The position numbers and the translations under genes are program-made. Shown here one piece after another: positions 13,466-27,539 of a DNA stretch of 64,000 bases. This DNA comes from Octopus vulgaris (Eukaryota): NCBI GenBank assembly GCA_951406725.2, contig OX597837.1, forward strand, positions 8,246,001 to 8,310,000, in the 5' to 3' direction. Within the stretch, counting starts at the first letter, position 1. The number at the start of each line of letters is the position of its first letter. Below the pieces are notes generated by a model, which did no database searches, was not told the DNA's origin, and saw only the letters and a program-made list of their open reading frames with translations.

Positions 13466-15176
13466 ACACCAATGCTCCGAACATTTGACAATCACAGGCA
13501 CCTTAACAATTAAAATATTGTTTTGTTTTGTTTTGTTGTTACTTGTATCAGCCATTGCTCTGCGGCAATGCTGGAGCACTTTCTGAAGGGTTTTAGTTGA
13601 ACAAACCGATCCCCGTGTTTATTTTAAAATCTGGTGCTTGCTCTCAATTTTCTTCTAAATTTTACTTTTAAAATTTCAAACGCGATGTGTGTGTGTGTGT
13701 GTGACAAAATGATCTCCGTTTAATTACAGCTATAATTCTTGTAGATTCTTTCTAAAAAAAATTCTGCTTTGTTCTGTATTTTCGTTCTCGTATTAACGTA
13801 TTTTCCGTCTACTGATGCAATACATTTTTGCTTCCAAATTTTCATAAAATCTGAGAGACACACAATGTGTATCAGAACCAACCCCTTCGAAGTGTAGCTA
13901 TAATTCATATAGAAAATTATTTTCTAGAAAACGTGTTGATCTTTCTGTACAGTTTTCTCGTTGCTACATAATTTCTGCGAGATGACAGAATGCTTTTTAC
14001 TTTTAAATTTTCACTTATAACCAGCGACAATATGTGTGTGCGACAAGGTCGTCCCCTTCATATTACACTATAATCCCTGTAACTTGTTTTCTGGAAAACA
14101 CTATAATGTTCGGCGCGGCTTTCTCATTTCAAGTATTTTCTGTGTGATGGCAGTTTGCTATTCGCTTTTTTCCTGCCATTTTCTCATAGTGATTTTTTGC
14201 TATGTAACTTCGATCCGCTATGGTCTTTATCAATCACTATTTACCATTTAGCAAAAAAACAAAACAAAAAAAAACACCAAAAAATCTTGGCTTATGGTAG
14301 TTATACTTTGATGGCAGTTTAGGGTTTGGTTACGTTTCTAGGTATACAATGTATTCGATGAATCTAGTGATGTTTGCTCTACAGCTAAAACTAACTTATA
14401 TGTTATTTATTTTTATTCATAAATTTGTAGTATATATGGTTAAAGTGAAAATGTTTTTGTATTCATACTAATAAATTTATAGCTATGTTTGACGCTATAT
14501 TCATGATCAAAGGTGGATTTAACCAAATAAGTTTTGTTTTCTTGGTTCCGATGATTTGTATATTGAGTTCTTTTATATATTCCCAGTTGCACATTAAACC
14601 CTCTCACTCTCTCCCTCAGACTTTCGCTCTCTACGGCGTTGAGTCTCTCTCCCATTCCCTTCCGCCAGTTATCTCACATTGTATGTCATTATATCGAACT
14701 GCAGTAACATTAAGCATAATTTTGTCTCCTGGTTATATTCCTCATTCACCTGCTAATGTCCTTAGCAAGGTTTTCATCATACATACGTACATACATGTAT
14801 ATAAAAATAATGGACACACGCATAAAGAAAAATTATTTATATGTGCAGATATACGTATAAATGTTTATATATAAACTCTCGATTATGTAGACATATGCAC
14901 GAGTGTTAATGTGTGTGCCTTTACGTAATTCGTTGTGTATAAGAGTGTATGTGTGTATGGAGGAAGCGTTCGATTTGCACACAACTGCATACATATATAT
15001 AATTCGATGCCTATGTAGGTTTTATATGTTTACATGTATGGGTGTGTGGTTATATATAGGTATGCGTGTGCAATGTGTATTCATATATACACATATGCTT
15101 ATATATATATATTCTTATGTATATATATATACAAATATATGTATGTATATATATATATAGTACACACACATAAATG

Positions 15177-15214
<38 letters not shown>

Positions 15215-15661
15215 AGAGATATAAATGTATATAAATACAACATATATGCATATATATATATATATTTATATATATATACAGGCATTTATATGTATATACA
15301 AACATATATATGCATATATATATAGATATTTATAAGTATGTAGAAACATATTTATATGCATATTTATATACATGCAAGTATATACAAATATATATATATA
15401 TAGACATTTATAAGTATATAGATAAATATATATATGTATACACACACACACACACATATATCTATATTTTAGTTATATATACATGTATGCATACATATAT
15501 TTTTCTAGTTTCAGATAAGTATATATATATATATATATATTTTCTACTTTCATATATAAATATATATGCATATATATACACACTTCCTAGTTTCACATAG
15601 AGATATGAAGGTGCATACATAGCGTCTACTTTTTTGTCTTTCCCTCCTCATTTCATCTATA

Positions 15662-15801
<140 letters not shown>

Positions 15802-16461
15802 GTCCATCTATCTATTTATCTATCTATCTATCTATCTATCTCTCTTTATCACATTTGTGCTCCCTCTCTCCCTCTGTCTATCTATCTAACTATCTATCTC
15901 AGTATATATGTAAAAATCTTCTGACAAGAAATCCTTTCCTTGCATGTCGTGGATACTTGAATATGTAGCTTTCCTGTTAGTCAAGACATTTATGAAACAC
16001 CCACAACAAATTAATGTTGTTGTTGATGTTCGATATATTGCATACGTTGGCATTACCATACAGGCAGCGAACTATGGTGAAAGTATACTCCACCAGCCGT
16101 TGCTAAGCACTGCCCGTGCATATGGCAACAACAGAGAATATTTGCCGAAACAGTCTTAGGTGTTATAAGGTCGGTGGTGAAGAGGTTGTGTAAAAATGCG
16201 TTACCTCCGCAATAGTAACGTTAACTTCAACAACCATTTGTTTGTATATATATATACGTATATATTTATGTAATGTATATACATATATGTATAGACACAC
16301 ACACAAATATATATGTAATATATATATATATGAATATATATGAATATATATATATATATACACACACTCACACTCACATATATAAATGTTTGTATATGGT
16401 ATATAAAATCACATGTATTTATAAAAATTAAGATACAAACATACACATACATATATATATA

Positions 16462-16508
<47 letters not shown>

Positions 16509-16671
16509 TTGTATGTATATTATATGTATGTATATATAGATATCCATAAATATATATTTTAATACCTGTATATGTATATATGTATACATGCATACATACA
16601 TACATACATACATAATGTTAGCTGTGAAACGCCATGTCGGCAGAAAACATAACTTCATTTCATATATATGT

Positions 16672-16739
<68 letters not shown>

Positions 16740-17172
16740 ACAGTTACGTGTGTATAAATTTACATATGATACTCCAGTGTGTAATGCGGAACGTGTGTAT
16801 GCAATCCCATCGAAGCTGGATTGCCAAACGCACGAAATATCGTAACATGCAGGTACACCACGTATACCATGGAGATTCCTCTAAAGCGCGTCTTATTACA
16901 AATAAATAAATGAATAAAATGATAATCATAAATAAATAAATAAATAAGTTTCTTGCTAGACTATCTAGAATGTTGTGCTTCCAGAGTAGTAAAACGTGTG
17001 GTGATTTATGCGTTTTCCATTTGAGAAAATGGATGCGTTCTGTTCTTCGAGTGGTATCGCGTGCACGAGGTACAACATTTTTGTTGAAAAGAACATGTTC
17101 CAAAATACCTCTATTTTGTGTAACATGAATTGACAACGGCTCAGACAAGTTTATCAATATGCTTACCTACAA

Positions 17173-17315
17173 AGGCGGTTATCTGGCAGAACCGTAAGCA
17201 CGCCGGACGAAATGCTTAACGGCATTTCGTGCGTCTTTTCGTTCTGAGTTCAAATTCGGCTGAGGTCGACCTTGCACTTGACCCTTTCGGGGTCAATAAA
17301 AGAAGAGCCAGCTGA
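17173..17315 (+). mobile_element. SINE family B copy
   Basis: aggcggttatctggcagaaccg...gttctgagttcaaattcggctgaggtcgac. Confidence 0.75.
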
Positions 17316-17429
17316 GAAGACATAAAACACAATTACTGCCAAGCGGTGAGCTGGCCAATAGGAAGAAACTGAAAAACACACGTCATGTCTGTGTGTGTGT
17401 GTACGTATATATATATATATGTATATATA

Positions 17430-17527
<98 letters not shown>

Positions 17528-18943
17528 TATATATATATATATATGTATATATGTATATATATATATATATACATACATATATACAAACATACATGTATAC
17601 ATGCATATACATATACATCTATATATATATTTATGTTTATATTTATATTTATATACGTGTACATGTATGTATGCATGTAACATATATATATATATACACA
17701 CATATATATCTATATGTGTATGTGTGTATACATATGTATATATATATGCATATATATATATATATATATATATATTAAGGTATGTAGAAAAATACAACAT
17801 GGACAAGAACGTATAACTCTTAGAAGACGACACAATAAACACGGACAGGACATTCGAAACCCTCAGTCTTCAGTCAAGAACCGGATCATCGTAGTAATTT
17901 CGGCTGATATATATATATATATATATATACATACATGACGCAGATTAAAATTTTTTTGTCAAGGTGTATAAAGCACATTTGTTAGAATGAGAGAAAGCCC
18001 AATTTTGGATGTTGCTGTCAAACATATGCTTGTAAAATTAAGAAATTATATATATATTCATGTGTGTGTGTGTACCTATATATATATATGTGTGTGTGTG
18101 TATGTGTGTGGTCGTGTACGCATGTGTGTACACGCAGTGTGTGTATTTACACATATATGTGTGAGTATATATGTGTATATCTGTGAATGCATGTTTGTAT
18201 GGGTGTGTGCGCATGTGTTTGTGTGTTCGTGTGTGTATGTATGTGCCTGTGTGGGTCTGTGTGTGTGTGTGTGTATACGTATACACATCGAGATCGCACA
18301 CCGTTTCTATCAACCAAATTCTCTCCATAGGCATCGGTCGTTCCGTGGCCATTCCGTACCTGTACAAGAAGTCAATTTCCGCGCTGCGGTATTCAACGAG
18401 AAACCAAGCGCTTGTACTCCGAACTCCTTAACCAGGTAGCCAGACCTGCGCCAAGACATACAACCACACATCCACACATCCATACACACACGCACAGTAT
18501 TATGCACGCACACACATAATGACGAATGTGTATCCGCACATTTAAGTCAGTTACCGATAAAGAATTTTCGCCATGAAGAGCTTAACGTTTTTTTTTTAGA
18601 GAATAAATTTTCAGACACCTAAATACTGTTGATAAGACGGAAATTCTTAATCTCCCCATCTAAATCATTATCTTTCTTTTCTTTCTGTATACTTCTTAAT
18701 CTTTCTGAAACAATACGTAAATTAAGTATCAAAAAATAAATAAATGAACAATAATCAAAATTAGTAAAATTTATAAAATAAACTAAAATCTGAAAATCTC
18801 AAAAAAGCCCATAGTAAAAAAAAAATCTATATATCAAGATCGATCAACGACGTTCCCTGCAATAATTCAAATCTCTGAATCGTTTGGAAAGGATAACATA
18901 AAGAAGAATAAAATGTAAAACTAAAAGAATATGGGTAAATAAA

Positions 18944-18976
18944 ATAATAATAATAATAATAATAATGATAATAATG

Positions 18977-19046
<70 letters not shown>

Positions 19047-19114
19047 TAATAATGATAATAATAATAATAGTAATGATGATGATGATGATGGTGATGATAA
19101 TAATAATAATAACA

Positions 19115-19163
<49 letters not shown>

Positions 19164-19213
19164 TAATAACGATAATGATGATAATAATAATAATAATGAT
19201 AATGATAATAATA

Positions 19214-19254
<41 letters not shown>

Positions 19255-19282
19255 TATAATTATAATGATAATAATGATAATA
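18944..19282. repeat. (AAT/GAT)n microsatellite
   Basis: Read directly from the sequence. Confidence 0.95.
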
Positions 19283-19687
19283 AAAATTAAATAGATAAGC
19301 CGATCTTTTAAATTTAAATATTAATTTTAAACAATACAAAGATATATTGCAGGAAAAGAAATTTTTTTTGAGTGATCTTATATCTATGTGTTTGAATGTA
19401 TGTGAGTGTGTGGGTTTGCCTCTATGTGTGTGTGTGTGTAGATATATATATATATATATGTATATCGTTATTTATTAACACATATATATATGCATGCATA
19501 TACATGTATTTACACACACACACATATATATGTATGTATCTATGTACGTATATATATATATCATGTATTTATATGCATGTATATATATACATAGAACTAA
19601 ATATGAATGTACATATACATATATATGTATATACATACATCTATACATGAATGTATATATATACATATATATACATATATATGAATG

Positions 19688-19751
<64 letters not shown>

Positions 19752-20179
19752 TGTTGGACATAAGTCCCCATATATATATATATATATATATACTATTTCC
19801 CTTACCTGTATTTAAACTTCAACCAAACGGAAGATATGTATTCACACACACACACACACACACGCACATATATATATTTATTTATACTTATATATACTTA
19901 TATACACACACATACGTATGAATATATATATATATATATATATATGTTCTCTTGTGAATAAGAATACTGGGGAGGGCAAAGAGATGGGTGTGTGAGAGTA
20001 ATTGTGCTGCAAAAAAATGGCAGGTGTTACTGAATACAGAGACATCTTTGAGCAACAGCACGATATGATTTTAAACTTCGTAGAATTCTTGAATCGTATC
20101 ATATAAAAAGAGATATATATTTGTACGTGTTATATGTGAGTATGTGTGTTGTGTAGCATATCCCTTTTATTTAGTGCAC

Positions 20180-20251
<72 letters not shown>

Positions 20252-20312
20252 GTGTATACATATATATCTATATATCTATATATATTTGTGTATATATATA
20301 TACATATATATG

Positions 20313-20343
<31 letters not shown>

Positions 20344-20344
20344 T

Positions 20345-20410
<66 letters not shown>

Positions 20411-20411
<1 letters not shown>

Positions 20412-20738
20412 ATAAGGGTTAAAAGGAACACTCGAGTTGATATATATGAAAAAACAAGTCAAAATAGAAAATGCTAAAATAATTTTATAAAGAACACACA
20501 AGAACACACGGCCTCGAACACACAAGTGCAAACAAGGGAGACAGAGAAAGGCAGAATGCCACTTATATTTGAACACTATACAAATATTCCTTTAAAAAAA
20601 CTTTTCTTTTAATTTTTCTAAATTTAATTATTTAATCGTTACAGTTGAAAAGGTCTCAAAATGACCGAAACCGGTACTGAAATGTTCTTTATAAAATTAT
20701 TTTAGCATTTTCTATTTTGACTTGTTTTTTCATATATA
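20411..20738 (+). mobile_element. Short non-coding insertion of the same PLE family (short inverted arm plus pLTR 3' part)
   Basis: About 20445-20496 is the reverse complement of about 20683-20736. 20520-20736 matches pLTR 22740-22963 and carries the HHR at 20642-20679. Confidence 0.82.
20642..20679 (+). ncRNA. Minimal type I hammerhead ribozyme (copy)
   Basis: Identical to 22871-22908. Confidence 0.75.
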
Positions 20739-20835
20739 TATATATGTATAAGTATGAAAATGAACACACGAGTTGATTTATATGAAAAAATTAGTCAAAA
20801 TGGAAAATGCTAAAATAATTTCATAAAGAACATTT

Positions 20836-20872
20836 CAGTACCGGTTTCGGTCATTTGAGACCTTTTCAACTG
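20836..20872 (-). ncRNA. Minimal type I hammerhead ribozyme (inverted pLTR copy)
   Basis: Minus strand reads CAG TTGAAAA GGTC tcaaat GACC GAAA CCGG TA CTG. Confidence 0.75.
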
Positions 20873-21372
20873 TAACAATTAAATAATTAAATTTAGAAAA
20901 ATTAAAAGAAAAGTTTTTTTAAAGGAATATTTGTATAGTGTTCAAATATAAGTGGCATTTTTCTTGTTTCTGCCTTGCTCTGTCTCTCTTGTTCACACTT
21001 GGGGATTTGAGGTAGTTGTGAATTCTTGGTAGGGAGGAGGAAGAAGGATGATGGGGAGAAGGGGGGGGGGGATTTTGGGAGTGCCTTGATTGTTGTATTT
21101 TGAATGGTCAGTGGGGACAGCAGTTCATGACCGTATTTCTATTGACAGGTTTGTCTATAGAATTTGCGTTGGTGTTATACTAAAAAGCATTAGTGATAAA
21201 GTTAGGAAGTAGAAGGGGGAGAAGAAGATGAAGAGGCAGAAGTAGAAGAAGAAGAAGAAGAAGAAGAAGAAGAAGAAGAAGAAGAAGAGGAAAAAGAAGA
21301 AGAAAATGATGTTGATGATGATGATGACGATGTTGGTGATGCTGAAGAAGAAGAAGAAGAAGACACACCAGA

Positions 21373-22221
21373 ATGAACATCCCCTTCAATCTAGCTAAAG
21401 GGATATGCACTATAGTTTCCAATGCAAACACCAGAGACACACGACTACAAGAACTAAAAGATACCCTCATTGCCAGGAACTACCCACCTTCACTTATTGA
21501 CATATGCATTCAACGTGCCCTCCAACTCAACATCCAGGAACTCAGACATCCCAAATCAAAGAAAAATTTACGACCAAAACCCTTACCATACATCTCCACA
21601 CACAACCCTCTCAACAATGAGGCCTTTGACACCATCCTCCAAAACATACCCCTGCTAAAAACAGACCGCAGAATGAACACAATCCTCCAAACACACACGA
21701 TCATAAAAAGCAAGAGACAGCCTAAATCTATGAAAAGTCTCCTAACACAAGCCCGAATACACTCTACAACACAGAAGCCGACAGTAAAAAAATGTGGAAG
21801 ACCCAATTGCGGGACATGCGATTATCTAATTGAAGGATCAGAGTTCTCCTTCAAACAGGGACAACGGTTTACAGTGAAAAGCAACTTCACATGTGCTTCG
21901 GAGAACCTGGTATACACACTAGCTTGCTCTGGGTGTCAGGAGCAGTACATAGGCCAAACGAAAAATAGCTTGCGTAAAAGAATGGCCCTGCACAGATCCC
22001 AGATAAAAATTCCCCAAAACAGAAAAATAACATTCAGCCAACAGATAGATACTTGCGCCAACAACAAAACACCAAACTTCAGAATTTTCTCCCTCTATCA
22101 ATTCAGGGACGATACAACCTCGAGCCAACGAATAAGTAACGAAACTCTCTTTATTACAAAATATAAGCCCCTTCTGAACGGGACTACGACAAACGATGTA
22201 TACCAATCTGCCTTAGAATAA
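21373..22221 (+). CDS. 5'-truncated Penelope-like retroelement ORF (RT thumb, Zn-finger linker, GIY-YIG endonuclease; Neptune-like)
   Basis: 282 aa with no stops. In-frame RHTRMNIPFNLAKGI resembles the PLE thumb HPxHxxxxIPF motif. Linker CGRPNCGTC. GIY-YIG core LVYTLACSGCQEQYIGQTKNSLRKRMALH, followed by E (ISNETLFI) and LLN. The RT palm is absent, and homology breaks at about 21361 into a (GAA)n tract. Confidence 0.9.
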   Translation: MNIPFNLAKGICTIVSNANTRDTRLQELKDTLIARNYPPSLIDICIQRALQLNIQELRHPKSKKNLRPKPLPYISTHNPLNNEAFDTILQNIPLLKTDRRMNTILQTHTIIKSKRQPKSMKSLLTQARIHSTTQKPTVKKCGRPNCGTCDYLIEGSEFSFKQGQRFTVKSNFTCASENLVYTLACSGCQEQYIGQTKNSLRKRMALHRSQIKIPQNRKITFSQQIDTCANNKTPNFRIFSLYQFRDDTTSSQRISNETLFITKYKPLLNGTTTNDVYQSALE

Positions 22222-22870
22222 CACAAATACACACGGAAATATTACATTCCTAAGAATCCACTACAAATCAGCCCCAATCACAGCTATAACCCATAGCGAG
22301 CCAACTTTAAGTCATACCACACCTCACTACTTGCATACATTCATATTCTCCCTCCTCTTTCTTCTTCTTCTTCTTCTTCTTCTTCTTCTTCTTCTTCTTC
22401 TTCTTCTTCTTCTTCTTCTTCTTCTTCTTCTTCTTCTTCTTCTTCTTCTTCTTCTTTTTCTTCTTCTTCTTCTTCTTCTTCTTCTTCTTCCTCCTCTTCT
22501 TCTTCTTCTTCCTCTTCATCTTCTTCTCCCCCTTCTACTTCCTAACTTTATCACTAATGCTTTTTAGTATAACACCAACGCAAATTCTATAGACAAACCT
22601 GTCAATAGAAATACGGTCATGAACTGCTGTCCCCACTGACCATTCAAAATACAACAATCAAGACACTCCCAAAATCTCCCCCTTCTCCCCATCATCCTTC
22701 TTCTTCCTCCCTACCAAGAATTCACAACTACCTCAAATCCCCAAGTGTGAACAAGAGAGACAGAGCAAGGCAGAAACAAGAAAAATGCCACTTATATTTG
22801 AACACTATACAAATATTCCTTTAAAAAAACATTTCTTTTAATTTTTCTAAATTTAATTATCTAATCATTA

Positions 22871-22908
22871 CAGTTGAAAAGGTCTCAAAATGACCGAAAC
22901 CGGTACTG
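22871..22908 (+). ncRNA. Minimal type I hammerhead ribozyme, U3-A8 core variant
   Basis: CAG|TTGAAAA|GGTC-tcaaaat-GACC|GAAA|CCGG|TA|CTG. Stem I CAG/CTG, stem II GGTC/GACC, palindromic stem III. Confidence 0.75.
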
Positions 22909-22964
22909 AAATGTTCTTTATAAAATTATTTTAGCATTTTCCATTTTGACTAATTTTTTCATAT

Positions 22965-23014
<50 letters not shown>

Positions 23015-23016
<2 letters not shown>

Positions 23017-23260
23017 TAATCCAAACAAGAAAACACAGAAAAAAACACAGCAACGCGAGGACGTGGAACAATTAAAGTATTATCTTACGCTCAGGAAAGG
23101 AGGGAAGGAGGATTTAACGTTTCGAGCGGAGCTCTTCGTCGGAAATAAAGGAGAAGGAAAGATCCCGCGAAGTGAAGACAGAGGAAAATAATTTTTTGCT
23201 GGTGGTGCTCAAGAGATCACATATAAAGTTAATCCAAACATGAAAACACAAAGAGAAAAC
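23015..23260 (-). mobile_element. Short PLE-type repeat with HHR-like motif (23113-23145) and partial tandem restart at about 23225
   Basis: Matches 40468-40652. Minus strand reads TTT CCGACGA a GAGC tcc GCTC GAAA CGT TA AA. Abuts (TA)n. Confidence 0.65.
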
Positions 23261-24264
23261 GCATTTGTCAGAATCGGAGCGACTACGTTGCTTCTGTTTG
23301 GATTAATGACTCGCAATAGAACAAAAATATTTGCCCATAAGAATGCATTCGTTACCTTGTACTTTCAGAGTTACCATTGCCGGAACGCCCTTGATCGTAA
23401 GATTTTTTTGATCAAAAATGACTTCTGACTAAGCAATTCTACCATCTACAGCAGTAATAATGTCGGATATATTCTGAACATAAATTTATCCGCATTCTGG
23501 AGTTAGATACATATGAGATACAGTGTGTAGCCTTAAGATATATACATCTCCCAAACGTGATCCATTATCTATGATGAAAATACAATAATACAATCTATTT
23601 GTAAAAGAAATATATTGTATTCTTGTAATGTTGTTCAAAGTAGTTTGGAGTACCTCATTCACTTTCGTTTCTTGTGAAGACGTTAGAAAGCTAAACATAA
23701 TTATCAAACGTAAACTAGAACCAGAGGAAAGTAGATGCAGATGAGACGCAGTGCGTAGCCTTAAGATATATCTGAAATAAATCTACTCTGTTTGCTAAAA
23801 ATCTCACATGTCTCCTTTTCTCGCGACATTTAGATTTACCAAAGCTTCGGTAATACGTACATACGTACATATATATATTGTGAAAGTAAGTGTTAGTAAA
23901 AGCCTAACAGACAGTCTGGATAAAAATGGATTTTCAGAAAAAGAAACTAACCAACTAAATCGGACATTGCAAATATGATCTGTAAATAGAACAGTAAAAA
24001 TATGCGACACTTTTCTCAAATTAAAGATGCGACGTTATTTTTGTATCTTTGTTAGAAGACAGCTTCTTCCCTAGTGGAAGAATTTAAATAATTAGGAAAA
24101 GAAGAAGCGCGCACACACTGTTAGTGCATAAAGTGTACAAGCGGCCCTCAAAAACCTTTCTGTGATTAAAGTGGCCCGCAATGTAATTCAAGTTGACCAG
24201 GCCTGGTTTGGATACAAGCACAATACCGTCCGAAGATTTGGGAAGATAACAGATTTATAAAATA

Positions 24265-24571
24265 CTAGCAGTATCGCCCGGCGTTGCTCGGGTTTGTAAG
24301 GGAATAACTATATAAGCATTTTTAGAGAGTTACTTCCCTTATATAACCCGAGCAAAAATCATTAAAAATGCGGAAAAATGATGGTAAATTTTTTTTTTAA
24401 ATCGTAGACTCATCGTAGACGCGCGCTAATACCCAGAAGGGCTCGATATGAATGACGACTATAAGATACCCGCTTTTGGTTAAACTGCACCACAAAATGT
24501 GGGAGTAGTTAGGAATCTAAATTGGAGGAGACAGAGTCTCACACACACAACTTGAATTTTATATATAAAGA
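24265..24571 (-). mobile_element. Non-autonomous Helitron
   Basis: Minus strand starts TCTTTATATAT and ends CCCGAGCAACGCCGGGcgatactgCTAG (subterminal hairpin plus CTAG). Sits between A and T with no TSD. Confidence 0.8.
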
Positions 24572-24840
24572 TGTATATAAATTGATTTCCCGCAGGAGTT
24601 GCACTATACGCGAGGATTTGATGATTGAGAATTACGTTATACTGTGATCTAACTTCAACAGTCTTTAGCATCATTAGATATTGCTTAAAATATAGGCTTA
24701 TGATTTGAGTTTTCGGGGTGGAGGTCAGTCAACTACAGTGATTCCAGTACTCAAATGGTACTTATCTTATCGACGCGGAACGACGAAAGGCAAAGTCTAC
24801 GTCGAGCGGAATTTGAACACGGAACGTAAACCGGGGGAAA

Positions 24841-25058
24841 TATTTATTTCTTTACTACCCACAAGGGGCTAAAAACAGAGGACAGACAAATGGATTAAGT
24901 CGATTACATGGTACTTAACTGGTACTTAATTTATCTACCCCGAAAGAATGAAAGGCAAAGTCGACCTCGGCGGAATTTGAACTCAAAACGTAACCGCAGA
25001 CGAAATACGGCTACGCATTTCGCCCGGCGTGCTAACGATTCTGCCAGCTCGCCGCCTT
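24841..25058 (-). mobile_element. tRNA-derived SINE family B
   Basis: Minus strand reads aggcggcgagctggcagaatcgttagcacgccgggcgaaatgc...gagttcaaattccgccgaggtcgactttgcctttcat. An older copy is adjacent at about 24710-24832. Confidence 0.82.
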
Positions 25059-25854
25059 ATAACCGAGGGAAAATAATTTACATGTAATTCAAACAGATAT
25101 TTTCATCGTATATTTCACAAAAACAGGGCATTGTTGTAAGGTATTGTTTTTGCTTAGTCAACAACCAAATGAAGTTAACAACAAACCCTTTCAAAGTCAT
25201 ATATAACCAAAAGCTCCTAAGAAATCCTGTAATTTTAAATCACGATCGTTTGCAATTTAAAACCTTGAAATTGAAGTTTTGTGTCTTAAAATATGTTGCA
25301 CGATAAATTTTCCTTAAACATGAACCGGGATCAGTTTCGAATCGACAGTAAATCACATGGTGCACTTGGAGAAACTTGAACCGAACGGGCAAAGATTTTT
25401 GTGAGAAAACCTCATATCGTTGCTCGCTTTATATTTTTACTCTATAACATATTATTTAACAGAAAAACTAAAACAAAATATCAGTCGACATTGATTATTT
25501 GAAATCCATAACAACGGTAAAGCACCGATTATTCCGTTAATCTATCGAAGCAAAGAGATGGATAGACTGTTTTCAAATGTTTTTGTATAACTCCAGAGTT
25601 GGAATCATAAATAATTCTGGTGGTAATCATCTGAAGAACTAAAAGAAGAAACCGAAAGTAAAATTCCAGCTAAAATAAATTATTTCAATCTACTTTGTCT
25701 GCAGAATACCTTTATCTGAAGATCTACCAAACGTCTACATACGCAAATGCGTGTTTGAATATATGTATTTGCGTATATGTGTGTGTGTGTGTATGGGTTG
25801 TGTGTGTGTATATATATATACATATATATATATATATACACATATATATATATT

Positions 25855-25885
<31 letters not shown>

Positions 25886-26073
25886 GTTGTTTGTCTTGCA
25901 CTCTGTTTTTTCGTTGTTAAAAATGGTCCGTTTCCATGTTTGTTTTTACGTTTTCGTCTCTCGTTGAGTTCTACGTCTATTTGTGGTGTCCTGTACTCAC
26001 GTATATATATTTATATATGCATGTATATATACATGTAGATGTAGGTACGTACATATATATGTATGTATGTATG

Positions 26074-26138
<65 letters not shown>

Positions 26139-26180
26139 GTGTGTGAGTATGGTGTGGAGGCGCAATGGCTTAGTGCTTAT

Positions 26181-26213
<33 letters not shown>

Positions 26214-26280
26214 TTTGTAAAAAATGAAGTTCGAAAATGCTGCTGTATTATACAATTTTTTATTTTTATATATACATTAT

Positions 26281-26314
26281 AACATGTTTCAGTTCCTGAA
26301 ATGAACCTTATCAA
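26281..26314 (-). ncRNA. Hammerhead core variant (U3-A8), stem I degraded
   Basis: Minus strand reads TTGATAA|GGTTC-atttcag-GAACT|GAAA|CATG|TT. Confidence 0.5.
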
Positions 26315-26620
26315 AAAAAGTTATATATGAAAAAAGACAGCTCATGCCGTCAAACACAAGAAATTGACACAAGAAATCGACTAGGGTCGATTTTTCGACG
26401 AAGTGCTTCACGTGCGCGCCCCAGAATAGCTGCTGTCCAGTGAGTGAAACAATTGCTTATATCGAAACCCGGCTGTATGAATTTGAAGTTTGCTTCACAA
26501 CTACGTAACTTCGATGAGTTGGGTATATTTAGGGATGTATGTTTGGATATGTGGCATATGTATTTGTGCATAAAATGCTTATTCAAATTTGTAAACACAC
26601 ATATGCATATATATGTATAC

Positions 26621-26663
<43 letters not shown>

Positions 26664-26908
26664 CATATATACATATATGAATATTTATAGATATGTGTCT
26701 ATGTATGTATATGTATGTGAGAGTGTATATAAAGCATTCCACTTCGTATATGGTTACAGAACTGAGTTGATTTGATTTAAACGGACAGTTAATGCTTGCT
26801 ATTTCACTGCGGTTGCATTAGTTTATACCCTCATGAATAGGTATATACATACCGCCATGCAAACATTCACATATATATCCATGCATTTTTATATATATAT
26901 ACATGCAT

Positions 26909-27016
<108 letters not shown>

Positions 27017-27539
27017 TTATATATTTATATCATTGTACATCTATCTGTAATTGTACACACACACACATATATATATGTGTGTGTATGTATGTACATACGC
27101 GTGTGTAAGTGTATATGCATATACACCCACACAGAGATACACATATGCATGTTTATCCCCAATTTAATACTCATTGCTGAGTTTGTGTTTCCTTTCGCTT
27201 TAATGTTCCTTGGAAGGAAAAAAGATCTTTATATACATTAAAACACACTCAATCAGAAAGACTTCATGCTGGAAATCAAATCCCGGACTTCATGTATTCC
27301 TAAACTATTAACTCTATTCTTTTAGTTTTTTTTTATTTATCATTTTGATGTAATTTAACAAAGCTGCAGTTGTTTTGAATACGATGCAACATCGTTCCTC
27401 TAAGATAGAAATTCAATATCGTGTGTGTATTCTCGTTTATCAATTGCTCGTGTGCATTGTAAATACAAAAATATTTAATGCTTTGCTTGTTTTGACTTCG
27501 TAACATCTTCATACTGAGATGCGTATTGATGCAAGGAAA

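Larger units (their letters stand above)
20746..22966 (+). mobile_element. Penelope-like element insertion with inverted pLTRs
   Basis: About 20777-21300 is the reverse complement of about 22440-22966, near-identical and including the CTT/GAA tract. The arms flank the GIY-YIG ORF. Both ends abut (TA)-rich tracts. Confidence 0.88.

Noticed and set aside
20777-22966. DNA transposon with long TIRs
   Set aside because: The ORF is GIY-YIG plus RT thumb rather than a DDE transposase. The arms are asymmetric and no TSD is seen.
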